DNA of 64,000 nucleotides from the human T2T-CHM13v2.0 reference genome, Homo sapiens (GCF_009914755.1 NC_060932.1); one strand, 5' to 3'. Positions 1 to 14,020 are shown, counted from the first letter of the stretch. Program-made: numbers and translations. The notes: generated by a model not told the origin, from the letters alone.

Positions 1-3000
1 ATTTAGCCTTATATTTGCACACAAACAAGCTTTGTGTTTGTCAGTAGAAGCTATCTGAAAAAAAAAATGCCAGATTTAAGATGGTATAAGTGTATAGAAT
101 CCTGTGTGGGAAAAACATCACTACAACTTGCACACCTTAAAACTCATTCAGCAAATAAATGTGTTATTTATTTCTTTCCTTGCACACAGAAGACTACATA
201 TTATCAAGAACTTAATGAAATAGTGTTGAGTGTAATGAGAACAATGCAGAAACTTAAATCTAGATTTTAATACTCTCTCCATAATTGAAAACATCATGGG
301 GAATTAAAAGAAAGGTGAAGTATTGTCAGACAACCACAAGATAATGGCCTAAATATTTAATTTCCTGGCGTTTCTCTCTGCTTCACAGTTTAATGTTATT
401 TAAATAAAGTCTGTATTAATTTTAATTCTTTTACTTTCCCATAACCACAATATAGAAAGGAAAAAATTAGTTTCACAAGAAGCTATAAAATGTGTATTGT
501 TTACCCAAGAGACAACTTCCCTTTGCAATTACTTGAATCTCATTCTGACTCTGAATGATAAATGTCTGTGCATTTTTTAAATATATGGTATTTATTTGAC
601 AAACTAAGTTTATGGGAGCTTTTTCTCCTTAATCTATCTAGTAAATATATATATATATATGTATCATATATACTATATATTCCTAAATCTATATTACCAG
701 ATAGCTTATATGGATGTCATAAATCTGCATTATCATACTGATCCACCGCTGGAATCAAGATAATGTTAATAAAGGTATACACGTTTTAAAATATCTTAAA
801 GATAGGTTACTATACTGATGAAGCAGGCAAGTTTCTCAAGGTCAATAATTGATTCTTTTAAAAAAGCATCAACCAACTATGAACTAATTAGATTTTATGT
901 TTTTGTTTAAAAAGTTAAGTTTATTAAAAGTTATATTAGCGCAAAATTGAACTAGTAAACTCCATTTATTTCCCTCCTATAATATAAAAACAAGATCTAT
1001 TTGTTTAAAATCAGATACCTAAAAAAATCTTTCAAAACTTTTAAGCCTGAAACAAATTTTTATGGTCGAGTCTCTAAAACCCCTGAAAATAGAGGTCTGC
1101 AATAGAAATGCTGATACAGTCAAAACCAAGGCAGCAAAAAGCTGCCTCTGTAACACCCCTAATTCTTTGATTCTATCTCTCTTTCTAATATATATGTAAT
1201 TTACACTTACAGAGAAATAGACCAAAGGATGAAGGTTTTAGGCATTTATGTACCCATGATGTACCTTAAACAGAACACTATACTGTGACTACTTTCCTGT
1301 ATAATTATTTAAGATACATTCTCCAAAAGCAAATTTCCTTAGCTATCCTATCAACAGGCAATACCCATCATACTCAGCATTTCACTTTTCTCAGGGGAAT
1401 AGCTCTATAAAAAGTTAGAAAAGCCAATGAGAGAGGTTGGGATGTATGTCAACTTTGCTGGGACTGTCTTTGCATGGAAGTTTTGACGAAAAATACTGAG
1501 GAACAAAGACATTTCCTGGGTACCATCTCTGATGTACAATGCTGCTCAATTCTGGTTTTCACAAAGGGAAGGGAAAACCAAATCTGTGTAAAAAAAAAAA
1601 AAAAAGGCAAGATAGGAATAGAAAGAAATGCAAATATAGACAGAGACTGCATAGGACAACTCAATAAGATGTATCTTTCCCAACCATCTGTATTTTTGGG
1701 TGAGAAACAGAAGGCAAACAAATAACGATCTTAGAATTGGAGGAGCAGAAAAACCAGGCACACATACCCTTGCTTGGAAATTGTTTGTTTGGAAGTAATT
1801 AAGATAGTGAAATTTTGTACTTATGAACATATAAAGGAATAATTGATTCCACATCAGCTGTAAAAGAAGTAAATGCCAAAAAGACCTAAAAACCTAATTT
1901 TACTCAGGCAATGGTATAGACAGCCAATAATGTGGCCTCTGTGACGGTATTTCAGTAATAGCAAAAATTGTAACATTGATTTAAGGATAACGCTCATATT
2001 ACTACCAAAATCATTCATTCAAGCAAAGTATATTTTATCTTAACAATTGGATTGTTAATATATAGAGGAAACAGGTTCAAATTGGCATTATGTAACGGCA
2101 AATGAAACATGCATCCTAGTGACTTTTCAAATAGACAGCTCACACCAGGCTTCATTCAACCATGTCTTGGCAAGACAGGCCAATGTAGCGACATACATTC
2201 ATATAAAAGGTGGCAAGTACAAGCAGCACCATATCCTATCCTAGGAAAATGCATCCTACCATGCAGTCACATCTCACCAAAGCTTCATCATATATAAAGC
2301 ATGTATAAAAAGGCCTGTGTCAAAAAGTATTCTGCCTGGGATCCAGTTTACCCACAGACCAAATACTACAGAAATGTCTGTATTGTGACTGATATTTTTT
2401 TCATGTATAAAAACAAGTGGAAAAAATTCCCAAGAAACATCTCTATAAGCCAAAAAGTTTATCATTTTATTCTTGTTCACCATTCTTTTCTTCCAGTTTT
2501 TCTCTGTGAAATAAAGGTTAATGACATCTTGCTCTGAAGCTAAGTGACCTAACATAAGTATATTTCCGTATTTATATTTAATTGATTCTTATCCCTTTTT
2601 AAGGGCATATAAATTCAGCTCTACAGCAGAGCACATGGGAAAGTTATATGAATCTGTACAACATTCTAGTTTATGATGTATTTTCCTATACTGTTCAATG
2701 TGCCCTTTAATGTGAGGACACGCTGAGTGCACATTTGAATATCATCCCCAGTCCAATGATGCATAAAACAAATTCTAAGACACACTCATCTTTAAGTTGA
2801 AAAGGCATAGAATCCTCAGAAATCTCTATAAATAAATGTCTTTCATACATAACTTTTTATACTTACTCTGCACTGACCATGAGTTCTGGTTTATGCCCTT
2901 ATTTGCCTTAGAAAACATTAGTTATGAATGTCTGTGAAGTCTCCGTTATAACACTAAGCTTCTGTGATCTTATATCCTTACTTAGTATAAATAAATAATA

Positions 3001-4659
3001 TTGTTCTAATAAATGATGCATGTCACGTCCAGTTATAAGCCCATAATTGTGTTTAAAAATTGAAGACTGCTATGTACTTCTGTATTCTACTCAAACATTG
3101 ACAGGAATTTTACAATATGTGTTTTTCCCTTAATTTCTGTGAGTATGTCCAATCAGTGTTCATTCTTAGGCTTTCTATACTATTGGTTTAACTTTCAAAG
3201 TAGACATACGTATAAAATATTGAAACATATATTTGTAATTGGATGTTATTAATCTTACCTGAAATATTTCAGAATTGTTTCAAAATCACACCAGTGGAAA
3301 AAGTGGAAAATGATTTCAGAAGTACATGAAAGACAAAGGTCACAATTAGATGAGACTAGAACATGAAGGCAACTTCTTTGCTACTACGCCAAGTGTCTTA
3401 GATTACATGAGTATTGAGGTAAATTTCTATTTCAGGGAAATGGCTTGTCTCAGGGGATTCTAACATTATATATCTTTCCAACTTGAGGTTACTGAACACC
3501 TACCTCTTACATTTTTAGCCTGTAAGGCAATGCATGAGTATCAGATGTGTTTAAGCACAGTAACATCTAATGACCACTGGCTAAATATTACATTGATATA
3601 TCACATAATCATCACTAGTGCAAAGAGCTTGAAGTTGGATTTTTTTCCTCCACTATTTTATGCTTGCTAAAGTAAAATTTCCAGTTGTATTATCAAGGAG
3701 TGTTATAGTTTGTCTTTATATTTAACAAAAGACTCATTTTTCCTCCTCCATTTCCATCATATTATATAAATATGAAAGCTAAATATAATAATTAGCTTTC
3801 ATATTTGTTGCGTTGCTATTCCTGGTTGCCGCTTTATTTATTACATAAAATTCTAATTTTTAAGATATAACTGTTAAAAATTTTCTGATGTAGTTATGAT
3901 TCCCTCCTAGGCAACGTGGAGCCTGTAACTTAACTGCATATGCTCTGGCACCTATTTCCTGTGGTCACAATATATCAACAACATGAAGGTACATGAAATA
4001 CAGCCGAATGATTAGATCCTCTTATATGATTGACTTGACACATTTTGTGATATTACATATTGGCTGAGATTGCTGTAATAGGTCATCTGAAATGCACATT
4101 TTTGGTTTATATAGCATATTCTATTTGACATCTGTGATACTTTGGAATATGCCCTTGAAAGCATCAGAAATGAAATAAGCTCTTTACTGTGTTTGCTAAA
4201 AAAGACCTTACCACCATCCAGAAGATTGTTTCAGTATATACTACAATCTCACAGACTCAATACTACCAGTAAATAATTCCCTTTATTAGTTTCTGGAAAT
4301 GATTCCAAAAACTTTAAAATATATATTTTTTCATGACTCAGTTTAACTCAGTCTGTCTGTCTGCTTATAACATCCATTCCTCTTCAGATAGCACTTTGAG
4401 TTTAGTTAATATGGACACACTATTTATTCCACTGTAAGATCCACAAAGTGTGGGCGTGTATGTGTACCATACTAGATATATTAGCATAACATGTAGAACT
4501 TGCAAATATGACTACCCCTACAATCCAGTTTACACACCATCATCTATGTATTGGAACTAGCAGTGAAGTTTGGACAATGTTCTTATCCACCACATTGTGT
4601 TTTTTAATGACCCACAGAGAGGGAATGAAAATAGGTACACAGTATATGAAATGGCCAAA

Positions 4660-4765
4660 TTATGTGTTAACAAAAAAAGATTATAGGTAATTATTAAAGG
4701 TAACACTTGCTTATGTGTTAACAAAAAAAGATTATAGGTAATTATTAAATGTAACACTTGCTTAT
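4660..4765. repeat. 51-bp tandem duplication in the 3' UTR
   Basis: Copies at 4660-4710 and 4711-4761 differ at one base (aaaGgt vs aaaTgt), followed by a partial ttat. Confidence 0.95.
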
Positions 4766-7325
4766 TTCAGTAAACCAGTCTGTATCTTTTATTACTTAGT
4801 AATTATTTTTGGTAATCATTACTTAGTAATTTATCACATCGATTCAGAAAAGCCTTGCCCTCTGATTTATAACAGAAGTTGTCTTTGCTAGTATCACATA
4901 ATGCTGTCTAATTTAGCTCTATAACCTTTGCAATCAGAAAGAGCATCTGTATTCACCTGCTCTGACTGCCATGTCAACAGACACTGTTCTGAAATGAGTC
5001 AATAAATTCACAACCTTATCTACAATTCTGATGCGGAATTACTGCTTTACAGGAAATTCAAACTGATCAGCTATTTTAATACTTCATTGCATTTGTTTAA
5101 TAATACACAGAACAACAATATTTTACTAAAATTCTTAACTATATGGTCATTTTACATGAAGACCATTACCTTGTTTACATTTGTGTTTATATTAGATAAA
5201 GTAATGAGAAATGAAGCAGAAGGAGAATTATTTTTGCAGGCATGAATGTGTTTTCATTTCAATTTGGGAAATCCTATGTCTGAGCTTTTCATGTTATTAG
5301 TGATGGGGTGATGAAAATATTTTATGCCTTGCATATCTCTAGTAACACTGAACTGACACCTTATGTTATTGACCCATGGAAATTTATTCTGCATTGGTTT
5401 TGAATCACTATTCTTATGTGCTAGATGAATTACTTTCCCTTTCACTGTTCCATTTGGTTTGAGACTTTTTTCCCAAACCTCATGTAGAAGAGGAGTCAGG
5501 AACCATACCCACAAAGTAGCTGGTGTACAATAAACAAATGGAATCCCACTGTTTGTGATTACATTGTCCTTATTGTCTTCTTATCTCTTGTAATAGTACA
5601 GCCTGATAACTGAAATGTTCTGTTCAAAAGAGCAGCCTTATATGCCTTTGCTTATCACATAAATCTTGTCTCATATTAAAGTAAATATGACCCAACCCTT
5701 ATTCATGACATTTGCCAGAATTCAAGCATAATGATAGACTCCTTCCTTCTTAATGCTATGATTATTTTCTAGCCCTTATATACTGATAGCCTTATGACGA
5801 ATCAGGATATTGTGATGAATGAGTAAAGAGGCAACAGATTGCTTATTCAGTTTCTTTCTCATTTTAGAGGAAAAAAAAATCAATTTTCAATGCAGGGTGA
5901 TGGAGTTCCTCAATGATTTGCACATGTCCCAAAATGACACAGTTCCTCATTTCTATCTTTAGCAAAATATAGTTTCCAGTTATTTTTTTCTTGACATCAA
6001 GGCCCTAAAAGGATTAAACCCTCCCACAAGCAAACACTGTATAAACGAGCTTATGTATATAGTCCTCCATGCTTAGCAGCAGTGACTAACTCTTTATAAT
6101 ATCAGCATCATCTAGAATGGAAGCACTGAAGTAAAGCTACAGGGCTGACTCTGGTTCTCATTTCTTGCTTTCTTGGCCCTTGCGTACATAATCTCCAATA
6201 TCCTCTTAAAATATTGTCTGCATTGTATGATATTTTACTGTAAAGCCATTCTTCTTTTCTTACTCTTCTTTTTTCTTAGGCTCATACTATATACGCTCAG
6301 GTTGTAAGAAATAACAATCTGCAAGGCTTTGCAGCATGCCACCCACAATTATAAAATATTTTCCCCAACCAAATCATAAACATGTAGTTTAACCAAAAGG
6401 CATTCTAATTTTCATGCTATGTTGAGTATAAATATAAATTCAAGGCAGCCAAACTATCCATTTCCAAATAAGAATGTATACCTACACTCATTAAAAATCA
6501 TCTGGAAATGTGTATTAGCAAATGAGTAAGAAATTTTTACTAGTATAAAATTCCTGCTTTATATAAAAGCCACACTGGCCATTCAAGTATTTGAGGTTTT
6601 TTTTTTTCCTATAGTTTTTGTAATTTGTACTAAAATGATGAATTTAGACTTGAAATTATATTAAAATGAAATTAAAATTCACTTCTACCTATAGGGCATT
6701 TTCAGAGTGTGCATGTAAAGAGCAAAGTGTCCATCTGCAGATCTGCCATCACCACTCTCTCCACTCTAAGGAAACAGCTCATGCTTACTAGGTTTTAGAG
6801 AACAACTAATCCAATGGAGAAGCAACACCAGATTTCCTTCAGTTTGTGCCAGTTTGCAAGTTAAAGGTCAAAGGGCAAAGACATAGAACAGGACTCTTCA
6901 AGGAAAATTTTCACAGAAGACAATGTTTAAGTTGTTGTTAATGACAGTCAATAGATCAATAATCAAGTTCAAGGCAAGCTGTTCATTGTTTCAAAAGCTA
7001 ATCCCCTCAAAGCTGGCTTTCACACAAAGCCAATGTCTGACTCATGGGGTGCATTCATTCTGACCATCTCTAATAAGTTCACAGCCCAGTGGCTGTAAAG
7101 CCTTTCACTGCAAGAAGCAGCTCCTAAAAATCAATAAAGAGGTCTGTCAGTTGCTGACTTTTCTCTAGGAAAAAAATATTGATACAAACCTGCTCTGCAG
7201 GTCACATGAAAATGACAATACTGCTGTTAGGACAAATTACACTCAACAATGAAATGCTTTGGTGGTCTCTTGGCTCTGTCAGTGATCAAATGGACGGCTA
7301 AATGCCAGAAGCCACACTAACCCTT

Positions 7326-7333
7326 TGAGAACT
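7326..7333 (-). promoter_or_regulatory. miR-146a/b 8mer seed site (AGTTCTCA) in the 3' UTR
   Basis: tgagaact on +. A second 7mer-A1 site (tgagaac) is at 8082-8088. MMP16 is a reported miR-146 family target. Confidence 0.7.
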
Positions 7334-8365
7334 ATGGTGGACATGCAATAGGTAATGCACTGGAGGATATTCATGCAACTTCAGAGTCACCGTTTTAATT
7401 CATTTTTAAAATGGCAATGCTAACTGCATATACCAAGGCAAATTGAATTTTCATGCAATGGATTTTAAAACAGAAATTCAGTATGCCTAAAAAAAAGAAA
7501 AGAAGACTTAGGCTATTATCAGTTTTTCAAATAAAATTTCAGATTTATGAGAATCTTAATAAAATACCTTTTTTATTTGCCAGAAAAATTTTGGCAAGTA
7601 ACATCATTTCTGTTTGTTATAAACACATTTATGTAGTCTTGTAAATCATTTAAAAATTATATGACATTATAGGATATCTGTTTTAAAAACCTGAACTTCT
7701 TGAACTTGTGACTGTTTTTACCATTGCCCAGTTCTATAATTTATCAGATCGCAAGACCGACAATCCTAAGACTCTGAAAGCTGGTCTGATAGTTCTCAAA
7801 GGGTTACACGGGTATGTTACTAGTGTCACAAATCCTTGTAAAATAACTGCCACTGTAATCCACTTCAGAGACATACTGCTTCTTGCTCTGCTTTGTAACG
7901 AATATTCCTGACAGACCCATGGAAGGCCTGGGGCAATGGCCTAATACAACTTGGGAAGATTATCACAATGATGGAGGAGTAAGGTGGAAAGAAGGGGTTT
8001 AGAAATACTTCAAAAACAATTAAAAGGTCGTGTTTGAAAATAGCTATGAATATAAATGCGATGAAACACTGAGGACATAGCTGAGAACAGCTGTATAAAA
8101 CGAAAAATGGATGTATTATTAAGGCTGTTACTATATTGCAGATATTTTGGCCCCTTGGTTGTTGGAAAATGGCTGTCCCAACAGTCTAACGTCCTGCATG
8201 TGTATTCCAAATCTCCCACCTGACAAAATGGTGCGTAGGAGACTATCCAAAGCAGTCAGAGAGCTATCTTCTTTGGAGACAAAGCTGTTTTGGGTCTTCA
8301 CACTTTCCTGGAAGTTCAATTGTGGGTTTTTTGTTTAAACTCTTTTTTCCCTTTGTTTTAAAGCA

Positions 8366-8401
8366 AAAAAAGAAAAAAAGAAAAAAAGAAAAAAAGAAAA
8401 A
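8366..8401. repeat. (A7G)n simple repeat, read as a U-rich tract in the mRNA
   Basis: aaaaaaagaaaaaaagaaaaaaagaaaaaaagaaaaa. Confidence 0.85.
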
Positions 8402-8812
8402 CCGTGGGTTTTCTGATTTGCTTTTTTTTTCTCCCCCCAGAAATGGGCTCAGACTTCAGAAGGAAAATAACATTAGAAACTTTTAAGAAGAATCTTTTCT
8501 TCTTTTTCTCCTCTTCTTTAGTTAATCCTGAAATTTTACTGGGCATTGAGCGTGCAGAGGAAAGGCCTAGAACTGAATGACAAAGAAAGACAAAGGACTG
8601 AAGAACAGCAGATACTGTGCATCATGGAAGCTTCCCCATGAGTGTATTTCCACTCATGTGCAGGACCAGCAACCCTCTGGGTTTGAAAGGTCAGCCCCGA
8701 ATCAGGCTGCCACAAGCCTGCTCCTAGCTAGGAAACAGCATAACAGCTCTTGTCTTGAATCTCAAGTTACCACAAACTCCTGCAAAAGAAAGAAAGAAGA
8801 AAAAACCCTACA

Positions 8813-9147
8813 TCACACCCACTCTTGCATAGAGCGTTTACAGTACAGTATGTGGCGGGGTGTTCCTTTCCTCTTGAACTGGAACACAGTGTAAACCAAT
8901 ACAAGGAGGCATAAGGCCAAGATGCAGGGAATGACAATAGCTATGGCTTTCACAGTGCTGGCTGTGTTGTCCAGTTTGATGACAATGTCTACATCATCTG
9001 GTGGGCTGTGTCCTTCTTTAACTCTGTCTGTTGGTCCATCACAGCCCATAAAATCCTTGAGGATGGATCTTGGATATCCAGGTTCTACCTTGAGTATCTG
9101 GTTGTTGAATTTCCAATACTCCTTTCCTTTGTAGAAATACGTAAAGC
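8813..9147 (-). CDS. MMP16: MMP16 last coding exon (exon 10 by usual numbering): end of hemopexin domain, stalk, transmembrane helix, cytoplasmic tail
   Basis: Translates (G)FTYFYKGKEYWKFNNQILKVEPGYPRSILKDFMGC...AIAIVIPCILALCLLVLVYTVFQFKRKGTPRHILYCKRSMQEWV*. Acceptor tttttccccctag|GC (AG at 9149-9148), TGA stop at 8815-8813, phase 1 matches the preceding exon. Confidence 0.98.
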
Positions 9148-10579
9148 CTAGGGGGAAAAACATACACACACACAGGTACCACTTATTTGTGACAGTGTAT
9201 ATGTAGAGAAATGTTACTAAAATAGGCTATGTCTTAAGAGATGTATTTTAAGGCCCTTTAATTTTCATAGGAAGAAAACACTATTTTCAGCTCAGCTGTC
9301 TGTTAAGATGGCTGTGGCTGCTGTGCTCCAGGAATGATGCCATCTAATGCCTATGGAAAGCTCAGTCCAGAGAGAGAAATATCATTTACAGAGGACTGTT
9401 CAAAGACCATGCTATGCAGTCTACTCCTAGTCCAAGCTAGAAAAGAGAACCTTATCTTTTTGCTCGCTTACAGGATTGCTGTTACAAAATTACATATTAG
9501 TGTGATAGTACCAACCTATATTGAAAGATGCTGAAACAGCCTTATAAACTGAAACACTGTTTACCCTCAGGCTGTTACTGGGAACATTGTTCAATATATG
9601 ATAAAGTCGCTTCTCTATGAAACACCTCAAGGGAAATTTCTAATCATCTTAGTATCAGGAATCTGTGCTCCTTCTAAACAACAGGCTTCCTTTTGTAATT
9701 TGCATGAGAAATCATAATACAATGAAATCATAAAACTGGAGGGGCTTTCATTTGCCTGCAAGGAATCTTAACAAGTAAAGACGTATTCATAGTATTCGGT
9801 ACTCTAACCTCATTTCTGGCTCTAGGTCATAAACATTTTGTTCCTTCTCCTTTTGTCCTCTTTATTTTACTTTATTAAAAATATGTTTAATTTGTGTCAC
9901 CTAGCTATATTTTAGAGAACTACTAAAGCCATTATTCATTATTTTAAGAATAAAATACAACATAAATCTACAATTCTATTTTTAATACTTCCTAGTACCT
10001 TATATTTCATGGGGAGGAGGTGGGATGTGGGAGGCTCAAGTAACTCAGCAATACATGCAATTTATTTTCTAAAACATTATGAATGCATACAATAGACTTT
10101 TAAGCTCCTGATGATTAAACTACAAATATGGACATTTTTCTTAGGTCTATTCTCCAAATTTTATGTTTTTGTTGGGCACATATCCAGTTTTTTCTTTCTG
10201 TCCACAGCTCATTCATGTCAAGTTTCTGTGTGACTATAATACTTTGACTTAATTTGTCCTTTGAGATAAAATTCAAAAAATCAAGAAATGTTTTAATGCT
10301 ATAATTACTTAAAACTATATTTTGGGAGTTACCTATTTTTGATACAAGGCAAAATTCATAGTTTATAATCGTTAATGAAGGTAATATTTTTTCCTGTTTT
10401 ATTGAGGACTTATTATGGAAGAAGCATTGGGTTAAAGTTTAGTAGATGACCTGTCTTTAAATCCTCACAAATACTCTATCAGGTAGAATTAATTATCCTT
10501 TCTTTTAAGCCCACGATATTGAGGATCAGAGACAAAATAACATGCTCATGTTCTGGTGAACACAAGATTTAAACCTTGA

Positions 10580-10879
<300 letters not shown>

Positions 10880-11515
10880 ATCTTTTATCAAATACTCCTA
10901 GGTTAAACATCCAAGGGTGTGATAGATAGGTATCATTTTTGAATGAAGAACTCTGACATCTCTCAAGAAATTTCAGATAGGGCAGATGATTACTTCAGGT
11001 CACTTCATTCTGGAAATCGTTCTGTTCAATGCCATGAACACCTACTGCTGCTTTTAGTTTTGAAGGACAGTTTTGCAATGAGAGCAACTTGCCAAGTGAA
11101 AACAGGTGTATGTAGATACAAGTTTTTCAGCCGAGAGTTGGTATTTGATCACGTTAATGAAATTCAATATAATTACTCAACAAGCTTGGATGAAGAAATG
11201 TTGAGGGCCTGCCAAATAACAGTACATTAGATGATCATAGATGAATAACGGCATTGATCTAGAATTAAACAGACCTTCAAAATAGGTGAATGTACTTCTT
11301 ATATCTATAAACTGGAAACCAACAGCTGGATGTGTCCTCATCTTTAATTTTTGGCTAAAGCTCATTACTATAGAGCTACTAAGCATTACACAAAAGTTAA
11401 GAAGTTTCTATTTACATACAACACAGTTCTGTAGGGCACATTTTATAGTAACACACTCCACATATAGGAGTAGAATTGCAGTTACTGAATACACTTGTTA
11501 CAAATAAGAAGTCTA

Positions 11516-11676
11516 GGCTTGTTGTGGAGGCTCATGCCTGTAATCCCAGCACTTTGGGAGGCCGAGGCAAGAGGATTGCTTGAGCCCAGGAGTTCAACAC
11601 CAGGCTGGGCATCATACAGGAGTTATAGACCAGCCTGGGCACCATAGTGAGATGAGACCCTGTCTCAGAAAACAAA
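11516..11676 (+). mobile_element. Alu left-monomer (FLAM-like) with an internal 30-bp duplication
   Basis: gcctgtaatcccagcactttgggaggccgaggc...ttgagcccaggagttc...gagaccctgtctc; gtcta on both flanks. Confidence 0.88.
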
Positions 11677-12690
11677 TGTCTAGTTACTAGGAGATAGACA
11701 GTGTAAGCATTTGAAAGGAAGTAGCCTAAAATAGAAGTAATACTTGGTAATGGAAGTATGTCAAACCTTGATCCTGCAAAATTCATCTTGCTCAACAACC
11801 TAGGTTTTTTCATTTATGAAAGGTCAGTTGGTTGAATAAATATTTAGGTATTTGTATTTTTTTCCTTTTAAAAGCAGCTTTGACATGTATTTTTGTATAC
11901 ATGCTTATGAAGAATAACTTCTGGTGAATTCTTAACTAAATTTTCATTGTTTTGAGAAATTCTAGAAAATAAATTAACGAGGCTGTGTTTTGATGATCCT
12001 TTTATGTTTGACTGAACATCATTGGACTTGTCTATTGTTTCATCCTAAAAGTGTAATGAGACATAATTTTCCACAGCTGGTACTATTATATAGCTTAGTA
12101 GATGTTCCCTGAGAGCAGTGCCTCTGTGTTCTATTTTTTACTCTTACACGTTTATTAGTAAGAAGTTGCTATTTAACACATGTGGATAAATAAACTGATG
12201 TGATCATCTTTCACATTTTTTCATTTCTTTGTCCTTCTTAGCTGTATAGCTTCTTAAGTTTTGAGGCACATTATTAATCTGATTTTACTGCCTCCAATGT
12301 GACTTTATCATGACTTCCTTTACTCTCTTATTCCTTTCCCTTTTATCTCAGAGAGTTATGTTTTAATCTTAGTCTCACTGTCCTATGGATTTCTGCTTCT
12401 GTCACATACAAGTAATATCTTAACTTGGTCTTTTAATTTTCTGAGCCAATTGAATACACAAAAATTATTTTTCTCAGCAAGTACTATGATCAGGACTTCA
12501 AGGTTCTTTTTGACTTTGCCTCTGCCTACAGTGTTCCACTTGTGGGACACTATCACACAGAATGTAGTAGCATATCATTATACATATAGCAATGCTCAAA
12601 AAACAGTACATGTACTTTGATTTTTCTGATTGGTATTAATTTATCCTGATTCTAAGTTCCTTCAAGTTTATACTAGTATAGAGTTTTCTT

Positions 12691-13016
<326 letters not shown>

Positions 13017-14020
13017 TAATCTTGCAATACACTTAAGGTCAATCACAGTTTTCAGTGGTAGTATGATTTTTCATTTTCCCCTGACTCTTTCATTAACCTT
13101 GCTTTCTCTTCCCTGCCCCTAGATGCACTTGTTTGTCTTGCAAGAGATGCCTATTTTTGCTTATGTTGAGCATATGTCACAGACTTTTCATGTTATTGAG
13201 GACTACATAATATACTATTTTCTTATGCTTCCTATTGAAAATAATTTGATGAGGTAAATATTTTTCTCTGTATTTCAGAATGTCATTTTCTTTTCCTTTG
13301 TTCTGAAATATTGCATATAAATTCAATTTCAAATTATTATTATGATTTATTCCTATTTACTAATCCCTGGATGGGAAGAGATATGTTTACATTTCATATA
13401 TGCCAACAGATAGGGGAGTATGGATTATCCCCAGCTTGGCTAATTTTCCACTCAGGATCTAGCTGAATGTGAAATCCTGGGATAGCAAGTAAAGGGGACA
13501 GCTCTTGGATTTTTTTCCTGTTATTATACCATCATACATCCACTCTATTCTCACCATATTGAGCTGGAATCTTCCTTGCTTGCTGGACTCTTCCTCTAAG
13601 CTAAAGAATAGATACAAAATTATAATTCTCAACATGCATTATTACCAGATATAATACCTCGAGTGGCACCTCTATCTTCCTTGTGACCGGTTCTGTCCCA
13701 TGTATTTTTGTTATTATTATCTTTACAGGAATTTTAATAGAAATATAGGTAAAATTACCTCAAAGGTATACACAACTTCCATATTAAACTATTACTTGTC
13801 TTTTTTCTAATGACTTTTTTATAAACTAAGTTGAGGTTAAAAAATGTCTACAGCATAATATGATATGTAAATCTAGGAAAAAAAGTTCATATAAATAGAA
13901 ATACAGTATTACATAGCTCTAGTATAGCACTTTCCAATGGCTTAATTTAGCAGAGTGAAAAAGCCTAATGTGTTACTAAGATAGCAAACTTATGAAATGT
14001 AGAAAGCACATGTTGCATAC

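Larger units (their letters stand above)
1..8812 (-). other. MMP16: MMP16 long 3' UTR (distal end uncertain, may extend beyond the window)
   Basis: Directly follows the stop codon. AU-rich, no recognisable Alu/L1, with U-rich tracts, miRNA seed matches and several candidate poly(A) hexamers. The true end cannot be fixed from sequence alone. Confidence 0.75.

Noticed and set aside
4660-4765. Direct repeats as a CRISPR-like array
   Set aside because: Only two adjacent copies with no spacers, in a primate genome.
34-8546. Numerous 60-105 aa ORFs on both strands in the 3' UTR
   Set aside because: Low-complexity F/L/K/I-rich translations with no recognisable domain; expected by chance in AT-rich DNA.
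8805-8815. Stop-codon readthrough at the MMP16 TGA
   Set aside because: Context is TGA-TGTAG, not the UGA-CUAG readthrough motif.
8577-9134. Plus-strand ORFs overlapping the last exon
   Set aside because: Antisense shadows of the MMP16 coding exon with no independent support.
13965-14020. Read-through of the exon 9 donor giving GMQHVLSTFHKFAILVTH*
   Set aside because: Short chance extension with no nearby canonical AATAAA; no sequence support for use.
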